Shown piece after piece: positions 18,957 to 28,015 of a stretch of DNA of 64,000 nucleotides. The notes under the pieces were generated by a model that saw nothing but the letters and a program-made list of their open reading frames with translations, made no database searches and was not told where the DNA came from. Source of the stretch: an uncultured Chitinophagales bacterium (GTDB lineage: Bacteria > Bacteroidota > Bacteroidia > Chitinophagales > BACL12); contig CAYXBK010000017.1 in assembly GCA_964463165.1 (NCBI GenBank), positions 11,569 to 75,568 of the forward strand, written 5' to 3'. Every line of letters begins with the position of its first letter. Within the stretch, counting starts at the first letter, position 1. The position numbers and the translations under genes are program-made.

Positions 18957-21173
18957 TCAATTGATCACCATTCTGAAACCCATATAAAATTTCCTCTCCA
19001 TAATCGGCGCATAAATTACAGAAGCGTCGAAATTCTCTCCAAACGGATCATCATACCCGATGATTGGAAATTTTTGCGTATAATTCGTCAGGTTTTCCGA
19101 TCCTGCATACAGATCAAACCATTTGAATTTTTTCGTGATCTGCATAAGCAATAACGCATAGTCCGGCGAATAGTTGCCGATTTCGGTTGCTTCCGGATTG
19201 CCGCTCAGGTCGGGCAAACGGGCTGCTCCATAATATTGAGTTGTGAAATCAAATATCCAGTCCTCTTTTTTTGTTTTGTAAGCCAGGTTAACGAGGCCCC
19301 TGTTTTTGCTGGTCAGCGGAACTTCTCTCAGCAATCCGCCGGTTGTTTCTTTTGCATCAATATATTTATAGGCAATTTTAAAATCAAAATTCCTGAAGAG
19401 CTCATAATTCAATTCGGCCTGTAAAACATTTGAATAGGATGTGCCGTGCAGATTGCTGATATAAATTGCATACGCACTCGAATCAACATCCACTACTACC
19501 TGATTTACAAAATCCGTCCGATACAGATCCAGCACAAAAGAACCTTCGTGTTTATTGATATCAATTGCCTGTATAAAGGTGACCCCGTAATTCCATCCTT
19601 CTTCAGGAAGGAGATCGTCAAGAATGATCAATTCACGGTTGCTTGTAAGTAAGCTGGTATTCTCGGCAAAAACATTGGCTGTGCGATAACCTTTTCCCGC
19701 CGACAAACGGAATGTTGTTTTGGGTGTTGCAGTATATTTCAAATGAAGACGGGGAGAAAAGAATGTGCCGTATAAATTATGAAAATCAACACGTGCACCA
19801 GCAAGAATGCTCCATTTATCAGGCTGATTAAAATAATATTCCGTAAAAATACCGGGTACTTTTTCTGTGCGTAAATAAGGAAGGCTGTCGTAATGCTCAT
19901 TAAAATCATCATACATAAAACTTGCACCCGCTTTCATCAAATGATTTGTATTGAAGATAAAAGTTTGTCCGATGATATTCACGTTTGCATAATTTTCAAT
20001 TCCGTTATAATTATTTAATCCGAAATAAGAACGCTGATCATGATAATTATAATTCACAATTGTACCGATGGAAGTGCTTGGGCGTTTAAAAACAAAACCG
20101 TTTTTCATAAACAATTCAACTCGGTTGGTCAGAACATTTACACCATAACCATTTTCCGTTGTCCGCTCTGCATCTTTGTTAAAATTTAATTGTCCGCCCA
20201 ACAGATTTGAATAAATGTATTTCACACCGAATTGTGCTTCATGCGATTTGTTTGAAAAATAATTCCATTTATTCAACACCGTATAGGTTTCATTTAAAGG
20301 TGCATCAAGAAACCCGTCGTTATTATCATCCATTTTATTATGCAGCTGACTTGTATTGGTAAGTAATTCTGTGCTCCATTTTTCATTAAATAAATGCTTT
20401 GCATTTATATTCGCTTCAAATCTCCCGCTGTTGCTTCCATACAGGTTAAAAAGAAATAATTGTTCATCCACATCAAATGGTTTTGTGAATTCGGTATTAA
20501 TTGAGCCCGTGATGCTCTCATAACCATTAACCACCGACCCCGGCCCTTTTGTGATTTGAATGGATTCAACCCATGGCCCTGGAATATAAGTAAGTCCGTA
20601 AGAGGAAGCGAGCCCGCGAACATTCGGCATATTTTCCACCATGATCTGAGAATACACACCGTCGAGCCCGAGCAATTTAATTGTGCGTGCACCTGTTACC
20701 GCATCGCTGAATTCAGCATCCACCGTTGCATTTGTCTCAAAGCTTTCACTCAGATTGCAACAAGCTGCTTTTAATAATTCTTTTTTATTTATCGATTCAA
20801 GATTCACAGGCCCGGTTGTATTGATCGATGTTGCAGAACTTTCACCTTTCACAATTACTTCATCCAATTCTTTTACAGGCCTGAGCATAATATGAAAAAA
20901 GGTTTTGTTCCCGATTTCAATTGTATCATTTTCATAGCCCACGTATTTGATCAGAAGAAATTGTTGATCGGCGTTTGATTTTTCTATGGAAAAATTTCCG
21001 TTATCATCGGATACCACCCCGTTGTTATCATTCAGCCATTTAACGGTTGCGCCGGGTAAATTTATCATTTCATTTTTCTCATCTACTCCCATCACCATAC
21101 CACTGATGGTTTGACTATAAGAAAAAATGGAAAGTGACAGAGAAACAAGTACGAACAGATATTTTAATTTCAT
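18957..21173 (-). CDS. TonB-dependent receptor with N-terminal carboxypeptidase-regulatory-like domain
   Basis: Signal peptide, ISGMVMGVD...PGATVKWLN Ig-like domain, plug (DEVIVKGES...IQITKGPGSVVNGYESITGSIN), long beta-barrel region; 738 aa. Confidence 0.85.
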   Translation of the reverse strand: MKLKYLFVLVSLSLSIFSYSQTISGMVMGVDEKNEMINLPGATVKWLNDNNGVVSDDNGNFSIEKSNADQQFLLIKYVGYENDTIEIGNKTFFHIMLRPVKELDEVIVKGESSATSINTTGPVNLESINKKELLKAACCNLSESFETNATVDAEFSDAVTGARTIKLLGLDGVYSQIMVENMPNVRGLASSYGLTYIPGPWVESIQITKGPGSVVNGYESITGSINTEFTKPFDVDEQLFLFNLYGSNSGRFEANINAKHLFNEKWSTELLTNTSQLHNKMDDNNDGFLDAPLNETYTVLNKWNYFSNKSHEAQFGVKYIYSNLLGGQLNFNKDAERTTENGYGVNVLTNRVELFMKNGFVFKRPSTSIGTIVNYNYHDQRSYFGLNNYNGIENYANVNIIGQTFIFNTNHLMKAGASFMYDDFNEHYDSLPYLRTEKVPGIFTEYYFNQPDKWSILAGARVDFHNLYGTFFSPRLHLKYTATPKTTFRLSAGKGYRTANVFAENTSLLTSNRELIILDDLLPEEGWNYGVTFIQAIDINKHEGSFVLDLYRTDFVNQVVVDVDSSAYAIYISNLHGTSYSNVLQAELNYELFRNFDFKIAYKYIDAKETTGGLLREVPLTSKNRGLVNLAYKTKKEDWIFDFTTQYYGAARLPDLSGNPEATEIGNYSPDYALLLMQITKKFKWFDLYAGSENLTNYTQKFPIIGYDDPFGENFDASVIYAPIMERKFYMGFRMVIN

Positions 21174-21249
21174 TTTAATTCATTTGACAGATTAAAAAAT
21201 AATCAGCCGCATTTTCAATTCTGAAAATGCGCATAAATTAAAATGCATA

Positions 21250-21726
21250 TCAAATTCTGAAAACTTTTATAGAAGATAAAATTTCCCTGCCTGATTTTGG
21301 CGGTGGTAAATTGTTGTAATAAAGAATAGAAGATGTTAATTCTTCATTTCCATTGTAAACCGAAGAAATAAGAAAATCTGCAGGAAGAATATGTTGCTGG
21401 GCCTGGTGTTGTGAAATCAGTGAGGTAAAATCAAATTTAATAAACCGCACATCATCGTTGCAACAATCTGAACTCAACTGGCTGGCAGCTGTTTGTGTTT
21501 CGGCGGAACAACAGGAAATAATTTGCTTTGAAGATATTTCCCTGGCACCGCCCATGAAGCAGACATGTGAAAAAAGCGTAAATCCGCTGCTCACGGCAAA
21601 TAGAATTGCCAGCATCATACCCGCGGTAATATTTTTAACTGCTCTTTTCACTTTTGCAAAATTACGATTTTTACAATCGAATGACCAAAGACTTTCAAAC
21701 CAGCCCCCGGTTTTACGTATATCCAC
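21250..21726 (-). CDS. small Cys-rich membrane-anchored protein resembling the HYC_CC_PP family
   Basis: SGFTLFSHVCFMGG, SCC, DCCNDDVRFIKFD and NNLPPPKSGREILSSIKVFRI match the H-x-C / CC / PP motif order I recall for this Bacteroidota family. An alternative GTG start at 21651 gives MKRAVKN... and a more typical ~134 aa. Confidence 0.55.
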   Translation of the reverse strand: MDIRKTGGWFESLWSFDCKNRNFAKVKRAVKNITAGMMLAILFAVSSGFTLFSHVCFMGGAREISSKQIISCCSAETQTAASQLSSDCCNDDVRFIKFDFTSLISQHQAQQHILPADFLISSVYNGNEELTSSILYYNNLPPPKSGREILSSIKVFRI

Positions 21727-21780
21727 ATGAAATAACGACTAACTTTACATAATCGTTTCTATGCCTCAATAATTTCCTTT

Positions 21781-22581
21781 ATGAAGAATAATCTGCTCTC
21801 CTCCGGTTTTATGCTGTTTTTTTGTTTTGTGCTTTTTGCCGCCTGCAACAAAAAAGAAGGTTGCACCGATCCCACCGCAGTTAACTACGATCCCGAAGCC
21901 GAAAAAGACAAGGGCTGCGAATATTTGAGCACGCATCCGGTGGAGGCCCATTTTCATCCCTATGTGAACGGAATCGCACATATTGAAGGCGATACATATA
22001 CAATTGGCGGTGTTCCAACAGAACTGGATTTCACCCGTTTTTATGTTTCTAATATGCGGCTGGTAGATTCGGCAGGAAATGAGACATTGGCGGAGGTGAA
22101 ATATTTATACGTGGTTACAGATCCCGATGAATACGAGATTGGTGAAATACCCGATGGGAATTATGCGAAACTGAGATTTGAGATTGGTATTGATTCGGCA
22201 ACCAACCATGGCGATCCTTCGCTTTATGCAATTGGTGATCCGCTCGGGGCACAGTTTCCGAATATGCATTGGGGATGGAGCGTTGGATATATTTTTCTAC
22301 GGATAGACGGAGTTGCAGATTCGGATGGCGATGGAACCCCGGATGATGGGTTTGAGATCCATCTTGGCACCGACGAATACCTTGCAACAATTGAAATTGA
22401 TTATCCGATCACGATCGGAGCCGGACATGAAAATATTTTTCATCTCGATGCTAACTGGGAGAAATTATTTGAAGGCATCGACTTGTCGAATACTGCAAAT
22501 AACACAACACATACAACAGATAATTTCCCGCTTGCTGATATTGTATTTGCAAACCTCCAGAGCTTTATCGTTGCAGAATAA
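21781..22581 (+). CDS. MbnP-like lipoprotein
   Basis: Lipoprotein signal (FAACNK). FTRFYVSNMRLVDSAGNE, GNYAKLRFEIGID, FPNMHWGWSVGYIFLRIDG and FEIHLG resemble MbnP-family proteins, and it sits immediately upstream of a di-haem peroxidase, as MbnP does with MbnH. Confidence 0.6.
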   Translation: MKNNLLSSGFMLFFCFVLFAACNKKEGCTDPTAVNYDPEAEKDKGCEYLSTHPVEAHFHPYVNGIAHIEGDTYTIGGVPTELDFTRFYVSNMRLVDSAGNETLAEVKYLYVVTDPDEYEIGEIPDGNYAKLRFEIGIDSATNHGDPSLYAIGDPLGAQFPNMHWGWSVGYIFLRIDGVADSDGDGTPDDGFEIHLGTDEYLATIEIDYPITIGAGHENIFHLDANWEKLFEGIDLSNTANNTTHTTDNFPLADIVFANLQSFIVAE

Positions 22582-22586
22582 TTTCA

Positions 22587-23651
22587 ATGTTTTACAAAAA
22601 TCAAAATAGCATTAAATGCACTTTCAGTAAAATACGCTACAGGAATATTATTTTGATTTTCATTTTTGCATTTTTATGGAGCTCATGTAAAAGAGATGCG
22701 TTGCTGATCGAAGATGCATATCAATTAAAAATTCCGGTGGGTTTTGATGCACCGTTAATTCCCGACGATAATCCTTTAACAGCAGAAAAAATATATCTCG
22801 GTAAAAAATTATTTTTTGATCCTGCGCTTTCTGTAGATTCAACAATCTCATGCGGCAGCTGTCATAAACAGGAATATGCTTTCGGCGATAATCTGGCAAT
22901 CAGCAATGGAGTAAATCAGGCCGCCGGTTTTCGAAACGCACCTTCTCTTGCCAATATTGCATGGAGTCCTGTGATGCTGAAAGACGGCGGCAACCCCAAT
23001 CTGGAAATGCAGGTGTATGTTCCGCTTGAAACACATTTTGAAATGGATTTTAATATGGTGTTGCTTGTAGAAAGGCTCAGTCAAAGTCCGGAATATGTGG
23101 AATTATTTTATGATGTATTTGGAAAACCCATTGATCCGTTTGGCATAACACGGGCCTTATCCGCTTTTGAAAGGACTTTAATCAGCGGTAATTCAAAATA
23201 TGATCAGTACGTTTACCAAAGAAATTATTCTGCCTTGAATCAATCGGAAATAAAAGGGATGGATTTATTTTTCAGTCCGGAATTAAATTGTGCTTCCTGT
23301 CACAGCGGTTATTTATTTACCGACAATACATTTCAGAACAACGGATATTTTTCAGATTATTCTGCAGATTCGGGACGGGCGAGAATTACCTGGCTACACG
23401 ATGATGTTGGAAAATTCAGAGTACCGTCACTCAGAAATATTGCTTTGACAGCACCGTATATGCACGATGGAAGCGTAGCGGATTTGGATGCATTAATTGA
23501 ACAATATGAAAATGGAGGAAGCGGCCATGAAAACCAAAGTGATAAAATAAGATCATTTACATTAACAGAAAATGAAAAAACCGATCTGATCAATTTTTTG
23601 CATGCTTTAACCGATGCAACTTTTATCAGCGATCCGTCATTTAAAGAATAA
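22587..23651 (+). CDS. di-haem cytochrome c peroxidase, MauG/MbnH-like
   Basis: Two CxxCH motifs (CGSCH 22851-22865; CASCH 23289-23303), VPSLRNIALTAPYMHDGS motif, lipoprotein-type signal (LWSSC). Confidence 0.8.
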   Translation: MFYKNQNSIKCTFSKIRYRNIILIFIFAFLWSSCKRDALLIEDAYQLKIPVGFDAPLIPDDNPLTAEKIYLGKKLFFDPALSVDSTISCGSCHKQEYAFGDNLAISNGVNQAAGFRNAPSLANIAWSPVMLKDGGNPNLEMQVYVPLETHFEMDFNMVLLVERLSQSPEYVELFYDVFGKPIDPFGITRALSAFERTLISGNSKYDQYVYQRNYSALNQSEIKGMDLFFSPELNCASCHSGYLFTDNTFQNNGYFSDYSADSGRARITWLHDDVGKFRVPSLRNIALTAPYMHDGSVADLDALIEQYENGGSGHENQSDKIRSFTLTENEKTDLINFLHALTDATFISDPSFKE

Positions 23652-23655
23652 GTCG

Positions 23656-24771
23656 ATGAAAAAATATTTATTACCGGTATTTATATCAATCCTTTCTTTG
23701 GTTTTATTGCAGCAATGCAAAATGGACCCGGAAATTATTGACCCTCCTCCGGGTGATGAATGGATTTATGATCCGACACCATATGTCGTGGTAAAACCGA
23801 TCGGAATTCCGCCCTTTCCATATGATCTGCTCAATCCACTCAATTCATTTACTATTGAAGGTGTAAGCCTTGGGAAAAAATTATTTTACGATCCTGTTTT
23901 ATCGGCCGACAGTTCATTGTCCTGTTCGAGTTGCCATAGCGTAGCACATGCATTTTCTGATACTGTTCAATTTAGTATCGGCATTGACGGGTTGCCCGGC
24001 AAGCGAAATGCAATGCCGATTTATAATCTCGCATATTCGCCTTTTGATAATGGGTTTTTCTGGGATGGCAGATCTGTAACATTGGAAGAACAAGCTTTAA
24101 AACCAATTCAGGATCCACTTGAAATGCATGAAATATTACCGAATGTGATTACGAAATTATCCCGCAGCACGTTTTATCCGGAATTGTTTTACAATGCCTT
24201 TGGAATTGATTCTATTACGCCTGAATTTGTGGGAAATGCAATTGCGCAATTTACAAAGTCAATTGTGTCCGGAAATTCCCGCTTCGATCAGGCATCAGCC
24301 GGAGAAATATTTTTAACCGATCAGGAAGTGCAGGGATATGAATTATTTAATGCATTGGATGGCGGCGATTGTTTCCATTGTCACGGAATTAATGCAGGAT
24401 TGTTTACAGATTTTCAATATCGGAACAATGGTTTGGATAATGCCGTTTTTTATACTGATTTTGCGGATGGCGGTTATGGAATAATCACAGGCGATACGGC
24501 GGATTATGGAAAATTTAAAACACCATCTCTCCGCAATATCGAACTCACCGCACCTTATATGCACGACGGAAGATTTAATACACTTGAAGAAGTGTTGGAC
24601 CACTATAGCGAAGGGGTAAAAGACACACCTTTCACAGATAATTTTATGCAATTCGCATTTCAGGGTGGAGTGCAATTAACAGCAGAAGAAAAAGCCGCGA
24701 TCATTGCATTTCTAAAAACATTAACGGATGAAGATCTGAAAAACAATCCGGAATATCAGAATCCGTTTTGA
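23656..24771 (+). CDS. second di-haem cytochrome c peroxidase (CCP/MauG family)
   Basis: CSSCH 23923-23937 and CFHCH 24370-24384, TPSLRNIELTAPYMHDGR. ATG 23656 (MKKYLLPVF... signal) preferred over the overlapping 23614 start. Confidence 0.8.
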   Translation: MKKYLLPVFISILSLVLLQQCKMDPEIIDPPPGDEWIYDPTPYVVVKPIGIPPFPYDLLNPLNSFTIEGVSLGKKLFYDPVLSADSSLSCSSCHSVAHAFSDTVQFSIGIDGLPGKRNAMPIYNLAYSPFDNGFFWDGRSVTLEEQALKPIQDPLEMHEILPNVITKLSRSTFYPELFYNAFGIDSITPEFVGNAIAQFTKSIVSGNSRFDQASAGEIFLTDQEVQGYELFNALDGGDCFHCHGINAGLFTDFQYRNNGLDNAVFYTDFADGGYGIITGDTADYGKFKTPSLRNIELTAPYMHDGRFNTLEEVLDHYSEGVKDTPFTDNFMQFAFQGGVQLTAEEKAAIIAFLKTLTDEDLKNNPEYQNPF

Positions 24772-24801
24772 GGGTTCTGTTGGGTTCCCAAACCCGACAA
24801 A

Positions 24802-25266
24802 TCATTCTTTCTGCACAGTAATTGAATCACTAAACGGCTTCATAATTTCGAGCACTTCATCAATTAATTCTTTTTGAATTACCGGTTCTTCATAATTAAA
24901 ATCAACTTTCCATTCATCATTAATTTTTACAAGCATCAATTTCATTTGCATAGAATCAAGAGAAGATTTTACAACCATAAGCGCAGAATCATTTTCAATT
25001 TTAGATTGCTCCTTTATAACTGAATATTTATATGTTGTTTGATTGGATGCATCAATAATTTGCATGGCACCTTCAATCGCACGAATTGTTGTTTTTAATT
25101 TCTCTTTACTTTCTTCGGTGCAATACGCTTCTGCTTTTTCAATATCATGTTCATTGTAGAGCACATTAAAAAAATCGATGGCCACCTGTTCGGGTGATTG
25201 ATGTTTTGTTGCGCATCCGGAAAAAATGATCGCGAGTGCAATAAGGCAGAGTAATGGTTTTTTCAT
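24802..25266 (-). CDS. small lipoprotein, DUF4878-like
   Basis: Signal plus lipobox (IFSGC) and PEQVAIDFFNVLYNEHDIEKAEAYCTEESK, typical of the NTF2-like DUF4878 lipoproteins. Assignment from memory only. Confidence 0.45.
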   Translation of the reverse strand: MKKPLLCLIALAIIFSGCATKHQSPEQVAIDFFNVLYNEHDIEKAEAYCTEESKEKLKTTIRAIEGAMQIIDASNQTTYKYSVIKEQSKIENDSALMVVKSSLDSMQMKLMLVKINDEWKVDFNYEEPVIQKELIDEVLEIMKPFSDSITVQKE

Positions 25267-25329
25267 CGTATGAATTCATTTCAAAGGTAACGGAACAAAA
25301 TAAAATTAATTGCAGGCGAATATGTTAAA

Positions 25330-25455
25330 ACCGCGAAGTCGCCCACGATATATCCCGCATGCGAAAAAACGGTTTCAACCGTTTTCAATAAAACCATGAA
25401 AATGCTCAAGTGATCGGGCATGGTTTATCGGCCCATAACTGAAGTCATGGGTTTA
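25330..25455. repeat. composite multi-hairpin REP-like element, family B (degenerate copy)
   Basis: AACGGTTTCAACCGTT (25368-25383), AAACCATG...CATGGTTT (25391-25426) and CCCATAACTGAAGTCATGGG (25432-25451), in the same hairpin order as the units at 28514-28863. Confidence 0.7.
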
Positions 25456-25499
25456 AAACAATAGCCGATTCAATCTCAACGTTCAACAATAAACACAAT

Positions 25500-26165
25500 A
25501 TGAAAACAAGTTTTCTTTGTTTCATATTGATCGCATCTGCCCGATTTTCCAATCAATTAAATGCCCAGATAAATTCCGATGAGCGTGTACATCAATCAAC
25601 CGCTGTTGTGTTTCCTTCAGCCATGAATGTTTTATATGTCGGTGTCGACAATCCTGTTCAAATTGCAGTTCCCGGTGCATCTCCCGGCCAAATCACCGCA
25701 ACAGGCTGCGGTATAAAACCGAGCGGAGGTATAGATTATATTGCGAGGCCGGTAAAAGTGGGTTTCGATACGATTACTGTTTCGGTAAAAAACGGAAAGA
25801 CTGAAACAACATATCAAAATGTTTTCCGTGTACGGCGTATTCCGGATCCTTATGTTTATATCGGTAAAATCAGAGCAGGCCGCATTTCGGTTGGAGAGTT
25901 TAAAGCCAGCGATAAACTTGTAGTGGGTAATCCCGACTTTATTTTTCAGTTGCCTTATAAAATAATTTCATTTGAAATGGTATATGCTCCCAAAAGCGGC
26001 AGCGTAGTGAGCGATGTTTCCACCTCAAATATGTTCACCAAACTGATGCTTGATATTGTTGCAAAAGCAAAACCGGGAGATATTATTGTTTTTCAATCCG
26101 TAGTTGTTCAAATGCCGGGCGGAGAAAATGTAACATTGAATACTTCTTATAAATTGACAGGTTGA
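25500..26165 (+). CDS. secreted stand-alone GldM C-terminal-domain protein
   Basis: Signal peptide. NVLYVGVDNPVQIAVPGASPGQI...ITVSVK...FRVRRIPDP...NPDFIFQLPYKIISFEM...KPGDIIVF closely follows the C-terminal Ig-like domains of gliding/T9SS protein GldM. Confidence 0.65.
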   Translation: MKTSFLCFILIASARFSNQLNAQINSDERVHQSTAVVFPSAMNVLYVGVDNPVQIAVPGASPGQITATGCGIKPSGGIDYIARPVKVGFDTITVSVKNGKTETTYQNVFRVRRIPDPYVYIGKIRAGRISVGEFKASDKLVVGNPDFIFQLPYKIISFEMVYAPKSGSVVSDVSTSNMFTKLMLDIVAKAKPGDIIVFQSVVVQMPGGENVTLNTSYKLTG

Positions 26166-26247
26166 TGCATTGAAGCTGTTTGTTTTGATCCACTCCGCAA
26201 ATGTTTCAATGCTATTAAATAATTTTGCATGAAGAATCTGACGCACG

Positions 26248-27348
26248 ATGCCGATTTATATGGATATACATGTGATCCCTGGTGTAAAAGCCCGGGACGT
26301 GGCGGAAGCGCATCAGAAAGATTTATTTCATGCCTCGGAATACGGTTGTAAATGCATGACTTACTGGATCGACGAAGAACGTGAAAATGTTTTTTGCCTG
26401 ATCGATGCGCCGGATAAAGAAACGGTAAATGTGATGCACAACCGTGCTCACGGACTCATCGCAAATAAAATAATTGAAGTAAGCAGTTCACTCGTTGAAT
26501 CTTTTTTGGGAAGAATTTATGATCCCGACGATGCTGCAATAGAAAAAGACGGATTAAAAGTATTTGCAGATCCTTCCTACCGCATTTTGCTTGTTACAAA
26601 AATTATTGATCCCGTACTATTGCAAAATCAATTTGGTGCAGTGAAAACATTAGAATTTCTGAACCATCATAATAATGTTATCAGGAAAAATATTTCCTTT
26701 CACGGTGGCCGGGAAGTTGAACTAAACGCACCGGGATTTATTATTTCTTTTGATTCGGCAACAAAAGCGGTGAACTGTGCCTTACAAATCCAAAATGCAT
26801 TGCAATCTGAAATTGCAGAATCGATCGGATTTAAAATGAGCCTTCATGCCGGCGAACCCGTGGAAACAAGCGATCAGTTGTTCGGTGATACAATTCAGTT
26901 TGCAGGGTATTTATGTGGTATTGCAAAAAATAAGCAGCTAATCATTACATCCGATGTGCGGGATCTACTATCAAATACATATTTGCAAAACAGCGGTGAT
27001 CAGGTTGTTGTAATTTTACCGCGGGATAAATCATTTTTGGAAGTCTTATTTGGTGAGTTGGAAAAAAACTGGCAGAATCCGGAATTGAATTTAGATGATT
27101 ATTGCAGGTCGATGGCTTTGAGCAAATCCCAGCTTTACAGAAAAACCATCGAACTCACCGGCTTATCTCCAAATAATTTATTAAAAGAATTCCGGTTGGA
27201 AAAAGCAAAAGATCTTATAAAAAAACAAAGTGCTACAATATCTCAGGTCACTTTTGATTCTGGTTTCAGCAGCCCTTCCTATTTTACCAAATGCTTCAAA
27301 AAGAAATACGGATTATTGCCTATGGCCTATCTCGATCTTCTGCATTAA
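26248..27348 (+). CDS. one-component regulator: DUF4242 (SCO4226-like) domain + degenerate class III cyclase-like domain + AraC-type HTH
   Basis: N-terminus MPIYMDIHVIPGV...CKCMTYWIDEERENVFCLIDAPDKETV. Middle RILLVTKIIDP...HGGREVELNAPGFIISFDSATKAVNCALQIQ...MSLHAGEP. C-terminus SKSQLYRKTIELTGLSPNNLLKEFRLEKAK...GFSSPSYFTKCFKKKYG. Confidence 0.65.
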   Translation: MPIYMDIHVIPGVKARDVAEAHQKDLFHASEYGCKCMTYWIDEERENVFCLIDAPDKETVNVMHNRAHGLIANKIIEVSSSLVESFLGRIYDPDDAAIEKDGLKVFADPSYRILLVTKIIDPVLLQNQFGAVKTLEFLNHHNNVIRKNISFHGGREVELNAPGFIISFDSATKAVNCALQIQNALQSEIAESIGFKMSLHAGEPVETSDQLFGDTIQFAGYLCGIAKNKQLIITSDVRDLLSNTYLQNSGDQVVVILPRDKSFLEVLFGELEKNWQNPELNLDDYCRSMALSKSQLYRKTIELTGLSPNNLLKEFRLEKAKDLIKKQSATISQVTFDSGFSSPSYFTKCFKKKYGLLPMAYLDLLH

Positions 27349-27514
27349 TTCTTTTTTTGAATCAATTTTACCATTCTCTGACCTGTTTTTTTTATTTGCT
27401 GCATTCATCAATTAAATAAGGTTGATTCTTATCATTTATTGATTGAATTGTGATAGTTGTGTGCTGATGCATCAGAATACCTTTGTGTCATTAATTCATA
27501 CAAAAAGAAAAGAA

Positions 27515-27925
27515 ATGAAAAAATCAACTATTCTACAAAATGTAATCGCGATAATTATTTTATTGAGCGGCTACACAACCATGGCACAAACAACAAACAA
27601 CGAATCAAATTTATTAACAAACAAAAATGAAACAGAAATGAAAATGTATGTAATCGAAAGGGAGATACCCGGAGCGGGTAATTTCACACAGGAAGATTTG
27701 AAAGCCATCGCCATTAAATCATGTGGTGTTGTTGCAGCAATCGGACCCGACATTAAATGGATCCACAGTTATGTTACGGACAACAAACTGTATTGCATTT
27801 ATGAAGCAACCAGCGTGGAAGTAATTAAAAAGCACGCAGAAATGGGAGGCTTTCCATGCAATAAAGTGAGCGAGGTGGCAAATGTTTTCAGCCCCGCCAC
27901 TGCTGAATTACAATTGGCGGATTAA
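27515..27925 (+). CDS. secreted DUF4242-family protein
   Basis: Signal peptide from ATG 27515 (MKKSTILQNVIAIIILLSGYTTMAQ), then MYVIEREIPGAGNFTQEDLKAIAIKSCGVV...KLYCIYEATSVEVIKKHAEMGGFP. Confidence 0.6.
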   Translation: MKKSTILQNVIAIIILLSGYTTMAQTTNNESNLLTNKNETEMKMYVIEREIPGAGNFTQEDLKAIAIKSCGVVAAIGPDIKWIHSYVTDNKLYCIYEATSVEVIKKHAEMGGFPCNKVSEVANVFSPATAELQLAD

Positions 27926-28015
27926 AATTCAATTTTAGTGTTTATCAATTGCAACCGGCGCATGATATGTGCCGGTTTTTGCATTAAATTTATTTTTCAT
28001 TCAGAAGAATATCAA

